NCBI GenBank assembly: GCA_005768725.1
Contig: VAFM01000002.1
Coordinates: 70,420 to 134,419 of the forward strand
DNA: 64,000 nt
Direction: 5' to 3'
Origin: Blastochloris viridis
GTDB lineage: Bacteria; Pseudomonadota; Alphaproteobacteria; UBA2136; UBA6156
The notes under the pieces: generated by a model
Databases searched by the model: none
Seen by the model: the letters and a program-made list of their open reading frames with translations, nothing else
What the model was told of the DNA's origin: nothing
Shown: piece by piece, positions 38,668 through 48,476 of the stretch
Numbering within the stretch: the stretch's first letter is position 1
How the letters are laid out: every line of letters starts with the position of its first letter
Translations under genes and position numbers: made by a program

Positions 38668-38786
38668 GCCCCCGCGCGCGAAGCTACAAACGGTCATTCC
38701 AGTGTTTTTTGACGGGGCGCGGTGTACAGGAATGAAGTACATAAGCCACGTCAAAAAGTGCTGGAGGGCCGTTTTAGCCCGCGCTT
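38668..38786 (-). repeat. Structured nested-palindromic element, copy A (3' UTR of yebC)
   Basis: About 85% identical to 50524..50648. Inner arms CCAGTGTTTTTTG / CAAAAAGTGCTGG; outer arms GCGCGAAGCTACAAA / TTTTAGCCCGCGC. Confidence 0.5.
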
Positions 38787-39531
38787 ACAGTTGCGCAGCG
38801 ATATGTTCCGATACATCCATGTTGGTGACGACCGATTGAACATCATCATCGTTTTCCAGAATATCGACCATCTTCATCACGGTTTGCGCCGTTTCCAGGC
38901 TGGTCACCGCCTGCATCTGGGTCGGGATATAAGCAAGCTCGGCATTTTCAGCCTCACCAAAATCCTCCGCCAGCGTATCGCGCACGGTACCAAAACCGCC
39001 CACACTGGTGGTGATGATGTGTTCCATCTCATCGCTTTCCACATCCTCGGCACCGGCCATAATGCCAGCCTCCAGCATCTGGTCAACGTTGGCTACACGG
39101 GCAGGGTAAGTGATCTGCCCCACCTGTTTGAACATCCAGGCAACGCTGCCGTCCGTCCCCACGTTGCCGCCGTTCTTAGAAAACGCAGTGCGCACATTGG
39201 TGATGGTACGGGTCGGGTTATCGGTCAAGGTGGTCACAAATACCGCCACACCGCCGGGGCCGTAACCTTCGTAGGTACGCTCAATATAGTCGGCACCGGC
39301 AATTTCACCGGTCCCGCGCTTAATCGCACGGGTCACCACTTCATTGGTCATGTTCTCTTTGCGGGCTTTATCCACCAGGGTACGCAGGGTCGGGTTGCTG
39401 GTAATGTCACCGCCGCCGCTGCGCGCCGCAGTCATAATGTCGCGGATATACTTGGTGTAAATCTTGGCTTTTTTCTTATCCTGAGCCGCCTTGCGGTGTT
39501 GGATGTTCTTGAATTTTGAGTGACCGGCCAT
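38785..39531 (-). CDS. yebC: YebC/PmpR family DNA-binding transcriptional regulator
   Basis: MAGHSKFKNIQHRKAAQDKKKAKIYTK... canonical YebC N-terminus. Confidence 0.9.
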   Translation of the reverse strand: MAGHSKFKNIQHRKAAQDKKKAKIYTKYIRDIMTAARSGGGDITSNPTLRTLVDKARKENMTNEVVTRAIKRGTGEIAGADYIERTYEGYGPGGVAVFVTTLTDNPTRTITNVRTAFSKNGGNVGTDGSVAWMFKQVGQITYPARVANVDQMLEAGIMAGAEDVESDEMEHIITTSVGGFGTVRDTLAEDFGEAENAELAYIPTQMQAVTSLETAQTVMKMVDILENDDDVQSVVTNMDVSEHIAAQL

Positions 39532-39644
39532 ATTCCGAATTCCTTAACTTAATAGCCGCTTGTAGCCGATTTGCCCCCCAAAAGGCAACCCCCTAACAAA
39601 AAACCCCAGCTTCAAATAGGCGGGGGGTTTTTTAACCGATGTTT

Positions 39645-40451
39645 TTACAAAGTCGCCTGCAGGCATCCACCCACGCGCAGTGGTTCAACCGCCGTCGCCA
39701 GCCCTTTGTCACCGATCGTCACGATCACGCCGCTCAAAGTCGCCTCACCCGTCACTTGTTCAAAACGGTAACGCATGGCGCTGGTAAAGCTCGGCAGCGC
39801 ACTTTCGTAGCTCACGCCAAGGCTGGAATTATAATCGCCGCACATCCCGGCATCGGCCTGGAACGCCGTACCACCCGGCATCACGCGGGTGTCACTTGTC
39901 GGAATATGGGTGTGCGTGCCCACAACCAGGCTCGCCTTGCCATCCCAGAACGCACCCATATTGCACTTTTCGCTGGTCGCTTCGGCATGGATATCCACAA
40001 TCAGTGCTTCGCAGTTTTCGCCCAGCACATACTGCTTCTGCAGTTCGGTACTGGCGCGGAACGGGCAATCAATCAGCTGACGCATGAACACACGGCCCTG
40101 CAGGTTCACAACAACCAGTTTTTTGCCATTGCTCAGGGTCACGCTCACATGGCCACGGCCAACCGTACCCGGCGGATAGTTATAGGGGCGGATGATTTTC
40201 GGATTCGTCGCCAGAAAATCATCAAAGCCCTTCTGGTCAAAGGTATGGTCACCCAGCGTAATCACGTCGGCACCGGCAGCAAAAATTTCCTGCGCATCGC
40301 TGGCGGTCAGGCCTTTGCCGTTCTGGGCGGCATTTTCACCGTTCACCACCACAGCGGCCAAACCGTGCTTCTCTTTAAGTGACGGCAGGTGCGCTTTCAG
40401 CGCTTTCCGGCCCGGAACACTCACAACATCGCCAAGGAACAAAACTTTCAT
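39645..40451 (-). CDS. YmdB-like metallophosphoesterase (TIGR00282 family)
   Basis: MKVLFLGDVV...GENAAQNGKG...ITLGDHTFD... motifs; start moved to MKVLFLG relative to the ORF track. Confidence 0.7.
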   Translation of the reverse strand: MKVLFLGDVVSVPGRKALKAHLPSLKEKHGLAAVVVNGENAAQNGKGLTASDAQEIFAAGADVITLGDHTFDQKGFDDFLATNPKIIRPYNYPPGTVGRGHVSVTLSNGKKLVVVNLQGRVFMRQLIDCPFRASTELQKQYVLGENCEALIVDIHAEATSEKCNMGAFWDGKASLVVGTHTHIPTSDTRVMPGGTAFQADAGMCGDYNSSLGVSYESALPSFTSAMRYRFEQVTGEATLSGVIVTIGDKGLATAVEPLRVGGCLQATL

Positions 40452-40519
40452 GCCACCCTTATAAGCTAAACGCCCCGTAAACACTAGACACTTCCGCCAG
40501 AACCCCCAACACTCACCCC

Positions 40520-41311
40520 ATGCTCCACGCACTCGGCTCCGCTGTTATGACCCCACTCACCAACGCCCTGCATCAGATGGGCGCGGTAGCGTTGTTCACG
40601 GCCGAGATCTTCCGCCAGATGATCGTCGGAGAGCGCTCGCGCCAATTTGCCCGCCAATGTGTGTTTGTGGGTATCGAAAGCCTGCCCATCGTCCTCCTCA
40701 CCGCTTTCTTTACCGGCGCGGTGCTGGCGCTGCAAAGCTATAACGGCCTCAATGCCGGCCTTAACGGCGGCGGTTATGCTCTGGCCACCAGCCAGCTCGG
40801 CAACCTTGTTTCTACCAGTATGCTAAGAGAACTCGGCCCCGTGCTCGCCTCCCTTATGCTCGCCAGCCGCGTCGGCGCCGCCATGGCGGCCGAGCTGGGT
40901 ACCATGCGCGTTACCGAGCAAATCGACGCCCTCTTCACCCTCGCCACTAATCCGGTACGCTATCTGGTCGTACCACGCGTTATGGCCTGCCTGTTCATGC
41001 TGCCGCTACTGGTGGTGCTAGGTAACGTCATGGGCATTGTCGGCGGTTTTCTGGTCAGCACCCAAACCATCGGCATTCCCGGCGCTAATTATTGGGATAG
41101 CGCCATGCTCGGCGTCAACGCCACCTCGCTCTCCATGGCGCTCATCAAGGCGGCGTCCTTCGGGTTCATCGTCGGTCTGCTCAGCACCTATCACGGCTTT
41201 AACGCCCGCGGCGGGGCCGAAGGTGTCGGCAAAGCCACCACCAGCGGCGTGGTCTACGCCTCGGTCACGGTGCTCATTTCCGACTATTTCATCACGGCCT
41301 TCATGTCCTAG
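40520..41311 (+). CDS. mlaE: Phospholipid ABC transporter permease MlaE
   Basis: MlaE/Ttg2B motifs (SLPIVLLTAFFTGAVLALQSY, RVTEQIDAL). Confidence 0.85.
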   Translation: MLHALGSAVMTPLTNALHQMGAVALFTAEIFRQMIVGERSRQFARQCVFVGIESLPIVLLTAFFTGAVLALQSYNGLNAGLNGGGYALATSQLGNLVSTSMLRELGPVLASLMLASRVGAAMAAELGTMRVTEQIDALFTLATNPVRYLVVPRVMACLFMLPLLVVLGNVMGIVGGFLVSTQTIGIPGANYWDSAMLGVNATSLSMALIKAASFGFIVGLLSTYHGFNARGGAEGVGKATTSGVVYASVTVLISDYFITAFMS

Positions 41312-41320
41312 GGCCGCACC

Positions 41321-42070
41321 ATGACAACGCACATCGAACTCGCCAACGTCCATAAAAGCTTCGGCCCCAAGCATATTCTGCGTGGCGCCAGCATCGCGAT
41401 CGAAAAAGGCGAAACCCTGGTCATTCTCGGCGGCAGCGGTACCGGTAAAAGCGTGCTGCTCAAGTGCCTGCTGGGGCTGGAATCCATCCAGCAGGGCGAG
41501 ATCCTGATCAGCGGCAAACCCACGCAAAACCTCAAGGGCGACGAACGTATGGAGCTGATGACCCAGTTCGGCATGCTGTTTCAGGGCGCCGCACTGTTCG
41601 ACAGCATGACAGTGTGGGAAAATATCGCCTTCCTGCTGCTCCGCCGCGGTATGGACGCCAAAAAAGCCAAAGCCGCCGCTATCGAAAAACTCGAAATGGT
41701 CGGCCTCAAGCCCGAGGTTGCCGACCAGGCTCCTTCAAGCCTCTCCGGCGGCCAGCGTAAGCGCGTGGGTCTGGCCCGCGCCATTGCCCACGGCCCGCAG
41801 ATCATTTTGTACGACGAACCGACCACCGGGCTGGACCCCGTCACGTCCGACGTCATCAACAACCTGATTCTGCAAACCCAAAAAAACCTGGGCTGCACCA
41901 GCATTGTCATCACGCACGATATGACCTCCGCCTTCAAGGTCGCCAACCGCATGGCGTTCCTGCTGGAAGGCAAATTCGTCGAGGTCGGCACCCCCAAAGA
42001 GTTCCGCACAACGTCCAACACCACCTTGCGCAACTTCATCGAAGGTCGCTCAGAAGAGTACAACCGCTGA
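41321..42070 (+). CDS. mlaF: Phospholipid ABC transporter ATP-binding protein MlaF
   Basis: Walker A GGSGTGKS, LSGGQRKRVGLARA, ILYDEPTTGLD. Confidence 0.85.
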   Translation: MTTHIELANVHKSFGPKHILRGASIAIEKGETLVILGGSGTGKSVLLKCLLGLESIQQGEILISGKPTQNLKGDERMELMTQFGMLFQGAALFDSMTVWENIAFLLLRRGMDAKKAKAAAIEKLEMVGLKPEVADQAPSSLSGGQRKRVGLARAIAHGPQIILYDEPTTGLDPVTSDVINNLILQTQKNLGCTSIVITHDMTSAFKVANRMAFLLEGKFVEVGTPKEFRTTSNTTLRNFIEGRSEEYNR

Positions 42071-42122
42071 CCGCCCCGATACATAAATTGACAATTAACC
42101 CCAGAAAAGCGAGCTTAATCCC

Positions 42123-43604
42123 ATGAGTAACGAAGCCAAAGTCGGTCTCCTCCTGATCATCGCCATCGCGGTGCTTGGCTGGCTGACGGTCGCCAGCGGC
42201 ACCCTCAGCTTTGCGCGCAAAGAGCCGATGCGTCCGCTCGAAGCTGTCTTTACCGACGTTAACGGCCTGAAAGAAGGCACGCCCGTGCGCATGGCCGGTG
42301 TAACCATCGGTGCAGTCAAGCGTATCGACCTGCAACCCAACGGTACCGCCATCCTGCACTTCGAGGTCAACAAGAACGTGCCTCTCCCCGCCGATGTCGC
42401 CGCACAGGTCACCGCCAGCGGCCTGATTGGCGAATACTATCTGGCATTGGTCCCCGGCGAGCAAACCAACCGTGGCGAAGGCGGCCTTCTCGCGGCTAAT
42501 GTCACGCGCCTGCCCACTCTCATGAGCGCCGACCCCACCAATATGTCCAACCAATTCGCCAAAATGGCCGCCGATATGCAGGATATCACCTCCAGCCTGC
42601 GCCAGGTGCTGGGAGACCCGGAAACCACCCAGAAATTCCAGGATATCGTCGATAACCTCGCCGCCTTCAGCGAATCCCTCGGCAGCAACAACAAGCAAAC
42701 CTTCGACAACCTCAATAAGGCCGCCGAAAACCTGGCCCGCATCACCGATGACGTGCGCGCAGGTAAAGGTACCCTCGGCCAATTGGTGAGCGACGACAGC
42801 AACGGCGCCCAGCTTAAGGATACGATTCAGGAAATGAACAAGGCGGTGAAAGACCTCCGCACCATCCTCAACAAGGTCAACAGCGGTCAGGGCACCCTCG
42901 GCCAACTGGTGAACGACGACACGACCGCCGACAATCTCAATACCGCCCTCTCCACCTTCAACAACATTGCCGGCCCGCTGGTACCTAACCGAGACGACCC
43001 GGAAAAACAGATCCACCCGGCCAACCATTCCGAGTTTACGCTGCAATCCGGCTACCTGACCGACTCTCACGGTGTCGCCAAGACCGAGGCCATGGTGCGC
43101 CTCCAGCCGGGTACGCAAAACTTCCTGCAACTCGGCGCGCAGTACGACGGCTACGCCGCCGAAGCCAACAGCGCCAACGGCAGCAGCCATTACGCAGGGC
43201 AAGACTTTGGCTCAACCGGCAAATACACCGCCCAACTCGGTCGCAGCCTGCCGGTCAATGCCACCAACGCCGTCAACCTTCGCGCCGGTATCCGTAACAG
43301 CACGCCGGGCCTGGGTGCCGACTACCTCACGCCACGCATCACCTACACGGCCGACCTTTACGACTTCGGCGGCACCAACACGCCTAACGCCTCGGCCCCT
43401 CATCTCGATGTCGCCGCCCGCGCGCACTTTACGCCCAAATTCTATGGCAGCATCGGTTACGATAATGTCCTGAACTCCGAATATGCCAGCCCGGTCATCG
43501 GTGTGGGCTTACGCCTCGGCGGCCCCGGCAAGATTACAGGTAACACGCGTGCCACACCTCTTAACACAAGCGCAACCGCCCCTCTCCCCAGCAGCACGCT
43601 TTAA
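42123..43604 (+). CDS. mlaD: MCE-domain protein MlaD with long C-terminal extension (coiled-coil repeats plus beta-rich domain)
   Basis: N-terminal TM plus MCE domain (VFTDVNGLKEGTPVRMAGVTIGAV); tandem GTLGQLV(S/N)DD repeats; 493 aa versus about 180 aa for E. coli MlaD. Confidence 0.7.
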   Translation: MSNEAKVGLLLIIAIAVLGWLTVASGTLSFARKEPMRPLEAVFTDVNGLKEGTPVRMAGVTIGAVKRIDLQPNGTAILHFEVNKNVPLPADVAAQVTASGLIGEYYLALVPGEQTNRGEGGLLAANVTRLPTLMSADPTNMSNQFAKMAADMQDITSSLRQVLGDPETTQKFQDIVDNLAAFSESLGSNNKQTFDNLNKAAENLARITDDVRAGKGTLGQLVSDDSNGAQLKDTIQEMNKAVKDLRTILNKVNSGQGTLGQLVNDDTTADNLNTALSTFNNIAGPLVPNRDDPEKQIHPANHSEFTLQSGYLTDSHGVAKTEAMVRLQPGTQNFLQLGAQYDGYAAEANSANGSSHYAGQDFGSTGKYTAQLGRSLPVNATNAVNLRAGIRNSTPGLGADYLTPRITYTADLYDFGGTNTPNASAPHLDVAARAHFTPKFYGSIGYDNVLNSEYASPVIGVGLRLGGPGKITGNTRATPLNTSATAPLPSSTL

Positions 43605-43619
43605 GGGTATACCTTCGGT

Positions 43620-44213
43620 ATGCAACCGACCCTTATCGACATCGCCATCGCGCTTTTCCTGATTCTCAATATCCTGGGTGCCTGCCACCGTGGTTTGGGG
43701 CGCGAGATGCTGCACACCTTCATTTTCGCTCTTCTGGTGGTGTTCGGCTACGTCATGTTCCGCACGTCTACGCCAATCGAAACAGCCCAGCAGATCTCCT
43801 TCTGGGTGGTTAACAGCAGCTATTACCTTATCACCGCCTATGTGCTCACGTGGATCGGCATCAAGGTGCTTTCACCCATCGTCCTCGGCCCCCAAAACGT
43901 CGGTCTGCGCAGCCGCTTCTGGGCTGGCGCTCTCAGCATCGCCAAGCTGGCTACGGTCATTCTCGGCCTTAACCTGTGGTTTGCCATGCACTCCGAGTAT
44001 CCGCACCCCAAACGTCTGGAAGCCCTGCCCCCCATCATGCAAAGCAGCGTGGCCGTCCGTATTTCCGATAAGCTGACCGAAGACCTCTACCACTGGCTGG
44101 CAGCCCGCAACGTGGTGGAGTACAAGAAGAACCTCTACCGCAAACCAACTGCCGAAGAAGAACTGGATAAGCGCCTGGAAGAACAACTCGGCATCGCCCC
44201 GACCAAGATGTAG
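43620..44213 (+). CDS. cvpA: CvpA-family membrane protein
   Basis: N-terminal IDIAIALFLILNILGACHRGLGRE resembles the CvpA N-terminus; 4-5 TM helices. Confidence 0.55.
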   Translation: MQPTLIDIAIALFLILNILGACHRGLGREMLHTFIFALLVVFGYVMFRTSTPIETAQQISFWVVNSSYYLITAYVLTWIGIKVLSPIVLGPQNVGLRSRFWAGALSIAKLATVILGLNLWFAMHSEYPHPKRLEALPPIMQSSVAVRISDKLTEDLYHWLAARNVVEYKKNLYRKPTAEEELDKRLEEQLGIAPTKM

Positions 44214-44232
44214 TCATCCGGCAAACAGCATG

Positions 44233-44258
44233 AAAAAGAGCCCTAGCGGCTCTTTTTC
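44233..44258. terminator. Bidirectional terminator (cvpA / der)
   Basis: AAAAAGAGCCctagcGGCTCTTTTTC; the der stop codon lies in the loop. Confidence 0.5.
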
Positions 44259-45847
44259 TTACCAGAACCAGAATATGGATTCTTATTCGCCTTGAAGAAG
44301 ATTTTGACAGGAAGGTGGTCCAGCCCCAGCGCCTCACTCAACTGGTTACGCAAAAACTGCTTGTAGCTGTCGCGTACTTCACTGATGCGGTTGCCCCAGA
44401 ACGTGAACGTCGGCGGGTTGGTGTCACTCTGACGGATGAACTTCAAACTCACCATCTTGCCATTCGCCAGCGGCGGGCTGCGTTTGGCCAGCACGCGGGA
44501 GAGCAGGTTGTTCAGCTTACCGGTGCTAAAGGTTGCGTAGTTCTGTTCAAACACATCACACACCGCATTCATAAGCTTGTCCAAACCCTTCTCTTTTAAC
44601 GCAGAGATCGGTATCGCCAGCGGCTTGTGCATGGCGTGCATGCGGTGGTGCATCTGTATCTTAATGTCTTCAAGGCAGGTCGGCTTGTCCTTCACCTCGT
44701 CCCATTTATTGAGGGCCAGAATCAGCGGCTTGTACTGGTTCATCGCCACCGCTGCAATCTGCGCATCCTGCTGTTCAAAAATTTCCCAGTTACCGGTATC
44801 GGTGTTGTGGGTGCTGGCATCGATAACCAGAATCACCACATCGGCTTTCTCCACGGCCTGCAGGCTCTGCCCCACACTCAGAAACTCAAGGCTCTCCTTG
44901 TCCACCTTGTTCTTGCGACGCAGCCCGGGCGTATCGATCAACGTGAACGCCTGACCGTTATACTCAAAATCGTGCGGAACCGCCTCACGCGTCAAACCCG
45001 CAGTCGGACCGGTCAGCATGGCTTCGGTGCCAAGCAATGCATTGGTGAGGGTCGACTTCCCGACATTCGGACGTCCCATGATCGCCAGACGGATCGCCCC
45101 TTCCGGACGCTTCGGAAAACGCGAGTAATCGGCTTCGGCATCCGTTTCCGGGCCTTCATCATCGTCACTAGCCTCATCGCCTTCCGGCATGTCTTCGGCC
45201 TCGTCCGCAACGTCGTCCTCGGCCTCTTCGTCCTCTTCCGGCTCTTCAGCCACATAGGTCTTCAGCACATGGTACAGGTCTTCCAAACCCTGCGAGTGCG
45301 CGGCACTCACCATCACCGGCTCTCCAAACCCAAGCGTTTCAATATCGGCAATATGGCTTTCCGCCTCACGCAGATCAGCCTTGTTCAGCACGATGATCAG
45401 CGGCTTGTTCATGCGACGCAGCTTTTGCGCCAGCGCACGGTCTGCCGGAGAAACCCCGGTCGCGCCATCGATCATCAGAATATGAATATCTGCCGCCTCT
45501 GCCGCCCCATAGGCCAGCTTGTTCAGCGCACTTTGCAGGGCGGGGTCATCCGCCACGTGCAGTGCCGCCTTGCTACCTTTTTTAACGGCAGGGCCATGGC
45601 GCTTCTCACCAGCCTCTTCAATCCCCGCGGTGTCCAGCAGCATAAAGCGTAGCCCGAACAGGTTACCGGGGGTTTTGCGCACATCACGTGTGGTACCGGC
45701 CTGCGCGTGAGTAATCGCCATGGTGGCGGCGCGCACAATGTTGGTACGCTCATCCTTGGGCGGACGGGCCAATACGTTAAACAAGGTCGATTTCCCGACA
45801 TTCGGGCGTCCCAGAATCGCGATGGAAGGGCGGTACAGCGTGCTCAT
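44243..45847 (-). CDS. der: Ribosome-biogenesis GTPase Der (EngA) with an insert in GD1 and an acidic linker
   Basis: Two G domains (GRPNVGKSTL x2, DTAG/DTPG, NKAD/NKWD), KH-like C-terminus; acidic stretch EEPEEDEEAEDDVADEAEDMPEGDEASDDDEG. Confidence 0.85.
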   Translation of the reverse strand: MSTLYRPSIAILGRPNVGKSTLFNVLARPPKDERTNIVRAATMAITHAQAGTTRDVRKTPGNLFGLRFMLLDTAGIEEAGEKRHGPAVKKGSKAALHVADDPALQSALNKLAYGAAEAADIHILMIDGATGVSPADRALAQKLRRMNKPLIIVLNKADLREAESHIADIETLGFGEPVMVSAAHSQGLEDLYHVLKTYVAEEPEEDEEAEDDVADEAEDMPEGDEASDDDEGPETDAEADYSRFPKRPEGAIRLAIMGRPNVGKSTLTNALLGTEAMLTGPTAGLTREAVPHDFEYNGQAFTLIDTPGLRRKNKVDKESLEFLSVGQSLQAVEKADVVILVIDASTHNTDTGNWEIFEQQDAQIAAVAMNQYKPLILALNKWDEVKDKPTCLEDIKIQMHHRMHAMHKPLAIPISALKEKGLDKLMNAVCDVFEQNYATFSTGKLNNLLSRVLAKRSPPLANGKMVSLKFIRQSDTNPPTFTFWGNRISEVRDSYKQFLRNQLSEALGLDHLPVKIFFKANKNPYSGSGKKKSR

Positions 45848-45894
45848 AATGTAGGCATTAGCAGGTTTTGCACACCGCTACAATCTTGAATCCC

Positions 45895-45933
45895 AACAAA
45901 AAGGCCGGAAGAGCTTCCCCTTCCGGCCTTTTG
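45895..45933 (-). terminator. Terminator downstream of azoR
   Basis: GGCCGGAAGagcttcccCTTCCGGCC with a T-tract on the minus strand. Confidence 0.5.
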
Positions 45934-45942
45934 CTGCACTCC

Positions 45943-46503
45943 CTAGGCCAGTGCGGCAACAGCCTCCTGTGCAGAAGCCAAAGCCGCTGCAGCAGCATCC
46001 GGCCCCATCGCCACACCTTCGGCCACCACAACCTCAATGTCGGTGATGCCGAGGAAACCAAACACAGCCTTCAGGTAGGTTACGGCATGCTCCATCGGTG
46101 CAGCCGGCATGCCCTCACCGTACAACCCCCCGCGGGAAGCCACCAGAATCAATCGCTTGCCACCGGCCAGCCCTACAGGGCCGTTTTCGGTATATTTGAA
46201 GGTCTGACCAGCAACGGCAATACGGTCAACCCATGCCTTAAGCTGGCTGGGGATGCTGAAGTTATACAGCGGCACGCCAATAACCAGCACATCAGCGGCT
46301 TGGAATTCCGCCAAGACCTCGGCCGAAACGGGCGTACCGAATTCCGGCAGGGTCAGGTGGGCCAGCGGGGTGGCAACCAGGTCGCGCTTCACAATATGGG
46401 CGCTTGGGTTTTGGGTCTTCAGCTTGGCGACAATCTGTGCCGAAATCTGACGGCTGACCGATGCGTCACCGGTGATGCTGCTGTCCAGTTGCAGGATATT
46501 CAT
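45943..46503 (-). CDS. azoR: FMN-dependent NADH-azoreductase
   Basis: [19 protein letters not shown]...[20 protein letters not shown]: AzoR/AcpD signature. Confidence 0.8.
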   Translation of the reverse strand: MNILQLDSSITGDASVSRQISAQIVAKLKTQNPSAHIVKRDLVATPLAHLTLPEFGTPVSAEVLAEFQAADVLVIGVPLYNFSIPSQLKAWVDRIAVAGQTFKYTENGPVGLAGGKRLILVASRGGLYGEGMPAAPMEHAVTYLKAVFGFLGITDIEVVVAEGVAMGPDAAAAALASAQEAVAALA

Positions 46504-46603
46504 GATGTGTGTCTTTCTTTGTCTCGTTTTGTGTGTTAGTAATCATTTGTTACCTAGTCACATAAATAGACACACAATGAAATCAACGCAAGAAGGCACA
46601 TTC

Positions 46604-46978
46604 ATGAAACCTGGTCACATCCATGTTCCCAGCGACTGCGAAAAAGTCAGTGGCATTCTTCAGCGCATTGGCGACAAATGGGCCGTGCTCATCATCATTT
46701 TGCTCGGCAATGGCTCATTACGCTTCAGCGAACTCCGCAAACAAATTTCCAATATCTCGCAACGCATGCTCACCTTTACACTGCGGGGGCTGGAGCGCGA
46801 CGGGCTGGTCACCCGCACCGTCACACCCACTGTCCCTCCCCGTGTCGACTACGCCCTCACCCCGCTCGGCACATCGCTTTTAGAGCCTCTCCAAACCCTC
46901 GGCACCTGGGCCAAACAGAATGTCGACGATATCGCCCGCGCCCAAACCCGCTACGACAAACTGAATCCTGAAAAATAA
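46604..46978 (+). CDS. HxlR-family transcriptional regulator
   Basis: ILQRIGDKWAVLIIILLGNGSLRFSELRKQISNISQRMLTFTLRGLERDGLV: HxlR winged helix; divergent from azoR. Confidence 0.75.
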   Translation: MKPGHIHVPSDCEKVSGILQRIGDKWAVLIIILLGNGSLRFSELRKQISNISQRMLTFTLRGLERDGLVTRTVTPTVPPRVDYALTPLGTSLLEPLQTLGTWAKQNVDDIARAQTRYDKLNPEK

Positions 46979-46997
46979 AAGGCCCCCGAAGGGGCCT
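46970..46997 (-). terminator. Terminator downstream of bamB (also flanks hxlR)
   Basis: AAAAGGCCCCcgaaGGGGCC; T-tract on the minus strand. Confidence 0.5.
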
Positions 46998-47008
46998 CTC
47001 ACATTCGC

Positions 47009-48325
47009 CTATCGAAAGGCAATAATACGACCAGAGTCGGTTAAGAAGTACAACCCACCATCGGCTACCACCGGCGGCAAAGTCACCGGTTCATCCAGAT
47101 TCGTCTGGGCAATTTTCTCACCGGTTTCAGGCTTGATGCTCACGGCATAACCGTCGCTGCTGGTCGCGACCAAACGGCCTCCAGCCAGCACCGGCCCGCT
47201 CCAGTAACGCTGGCCTTCACTTTCCGGCAAACCGGCAGCCAGGTCACTTACCCAGCGGATGCTCCCGTCACGGCGGTTTACACCGACCATTTCACCCTTT
47301 TCGGTCAAGGCAAACATCTGCATACCGGCCACGATCGGCATCTGGGAGGTCAACACATCCACACGCCAGAAACGCTGACCGTTGGCCAATCCGTAGGCCG
47401 AAAGCCCACCATTAAGACCAACCACGTACACCAGACCATCTGCGATCACCGGCGGCGCGGCAATGGCGCTTACGGTACTTTCCGGGTCTTGGCCACTAAA
47501 GCTGCTGGTCAGGCTGTCGTGCCAGATGTAACGGCCATCGCTGGCACGCAGCACATACACTTCACCCGACGAATACGGCACAACCACAGCACCATTCCCG
47601 GCGGCAGGCGCCGGGCTGGCCAGCAGGTTCAAAACTTCTTCCATGCCGGAGTGCGTCCACACCAGCGCTCCATCCAGCGCATTCAATGCAAACAGGCGGT
47701 TGTCATGAGAGGTCACGAACACACGCTCACCTTCCACGGTCGGCGCAGCGCGCAGCGGCACGGCAAGGTCAACCTGCCAGGCCTGCTTGCCGTCGCTGGC
47801 GGTCAGCGCAAATACCTGCCCGTCACCGGTCGTTGCAAACAACAGGTTGCCCATCACGGCCAAACCACCGGTCACTTTGGCTTCACTACCCTTTTTAAAC
47901 GGCAGTTCCACTTCCCACAGGCGCTTGCCGGTCTTGGCGTCCAGCGCGGTCACTTCACCCTTGGTGTTCACGGCAAAAACACGGCCACTGTGCACAATCG
48001 GCGGGTTTAGCAGCGCTTCACCGCGGCCTACTTTGCCGCCCAGTTTGTAAGTCCAGGCGCGCTTTACCTGGGCGGGTAACTCTACGTGGCCCGGCGCATG
48101 GGCTGCGTTACCACCACGCATAGCCCAGTTCTCCAGTGGCTGAGCCGACGGGATATCAAACGGCTCCTTGGCGGCCACCGGGTCGGCCTGCAGCAGCGTG
48201 GGCTGCAGGGTCACATCAATACGCTCACCCGAAAGCTTAACCTTTTCCTCATCTTTGAACACCGAGCAACCGGCCAGCAGCAGCGCGGCAGCAATGGCGA
48301 GAGAGGAGAATGGAACGGCACGCAT
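47009..48325 (-). CDS. bamB: Outer-membrane protein assembly factor BamB (PQQ-repeat lipoprotein)
   Basis: Lipobox LLAGC; eight beta-propeller-like repeats with conserved W/G positions; yfgM-bamB-der synteny. Confidence 0.8.
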   Translation of the reverse strand: MRAVPFSSLAIAAALLLAGCSVFKDEEKVKLSGERIDVTLQPTLLQADPVAAKEPFDIPSAQPLENWAMRGGNAAHAPGHVELPAQVKRAWTYKLGGKVGRGEALLNPPIVHSGRVFAVNTKGEVTALDAKTGKRLWEVELPFKKGSEAKVTGGLAVMGNLLFATTGDGQVFALTASDGKQAWQVDLAVPLRAAPTVEGERVFVTSHDNRLFALNALDGALVWTHSGMEEVLNLLASPAPAAGNGAVVVPYSSGEVYVLRASDGRYIWHDSLTSSFSGQDPESTVSAIAAPPVIADGLVYVVGLNGGLSAYGLANGQRFWRVDVLTSQMPIVAGMQMFALTEKGEMVGVNRRDGSIRWVSDLAAGLPESEGQRYWSGPVLAGGRLVATSSDGYAVSIKPETGEKIAQTNLDEPVTLPPVVADGGLYFLTDSGRIIAFR

Positions 48326-48476
48326 CAGAAAAAACCCTTTGTTTCTTGCTATTTCAATGGCCTTTTAAAAGGCGGGTATGGCGCCGAGTGTATCGCAACG
48401 GCAGCCCAAGGCAAGCAGAAAGGGCGGAGTCTGGCCCCGCCCTGTCAACAGTCTGCCCGATAATTCTACCGGAACG

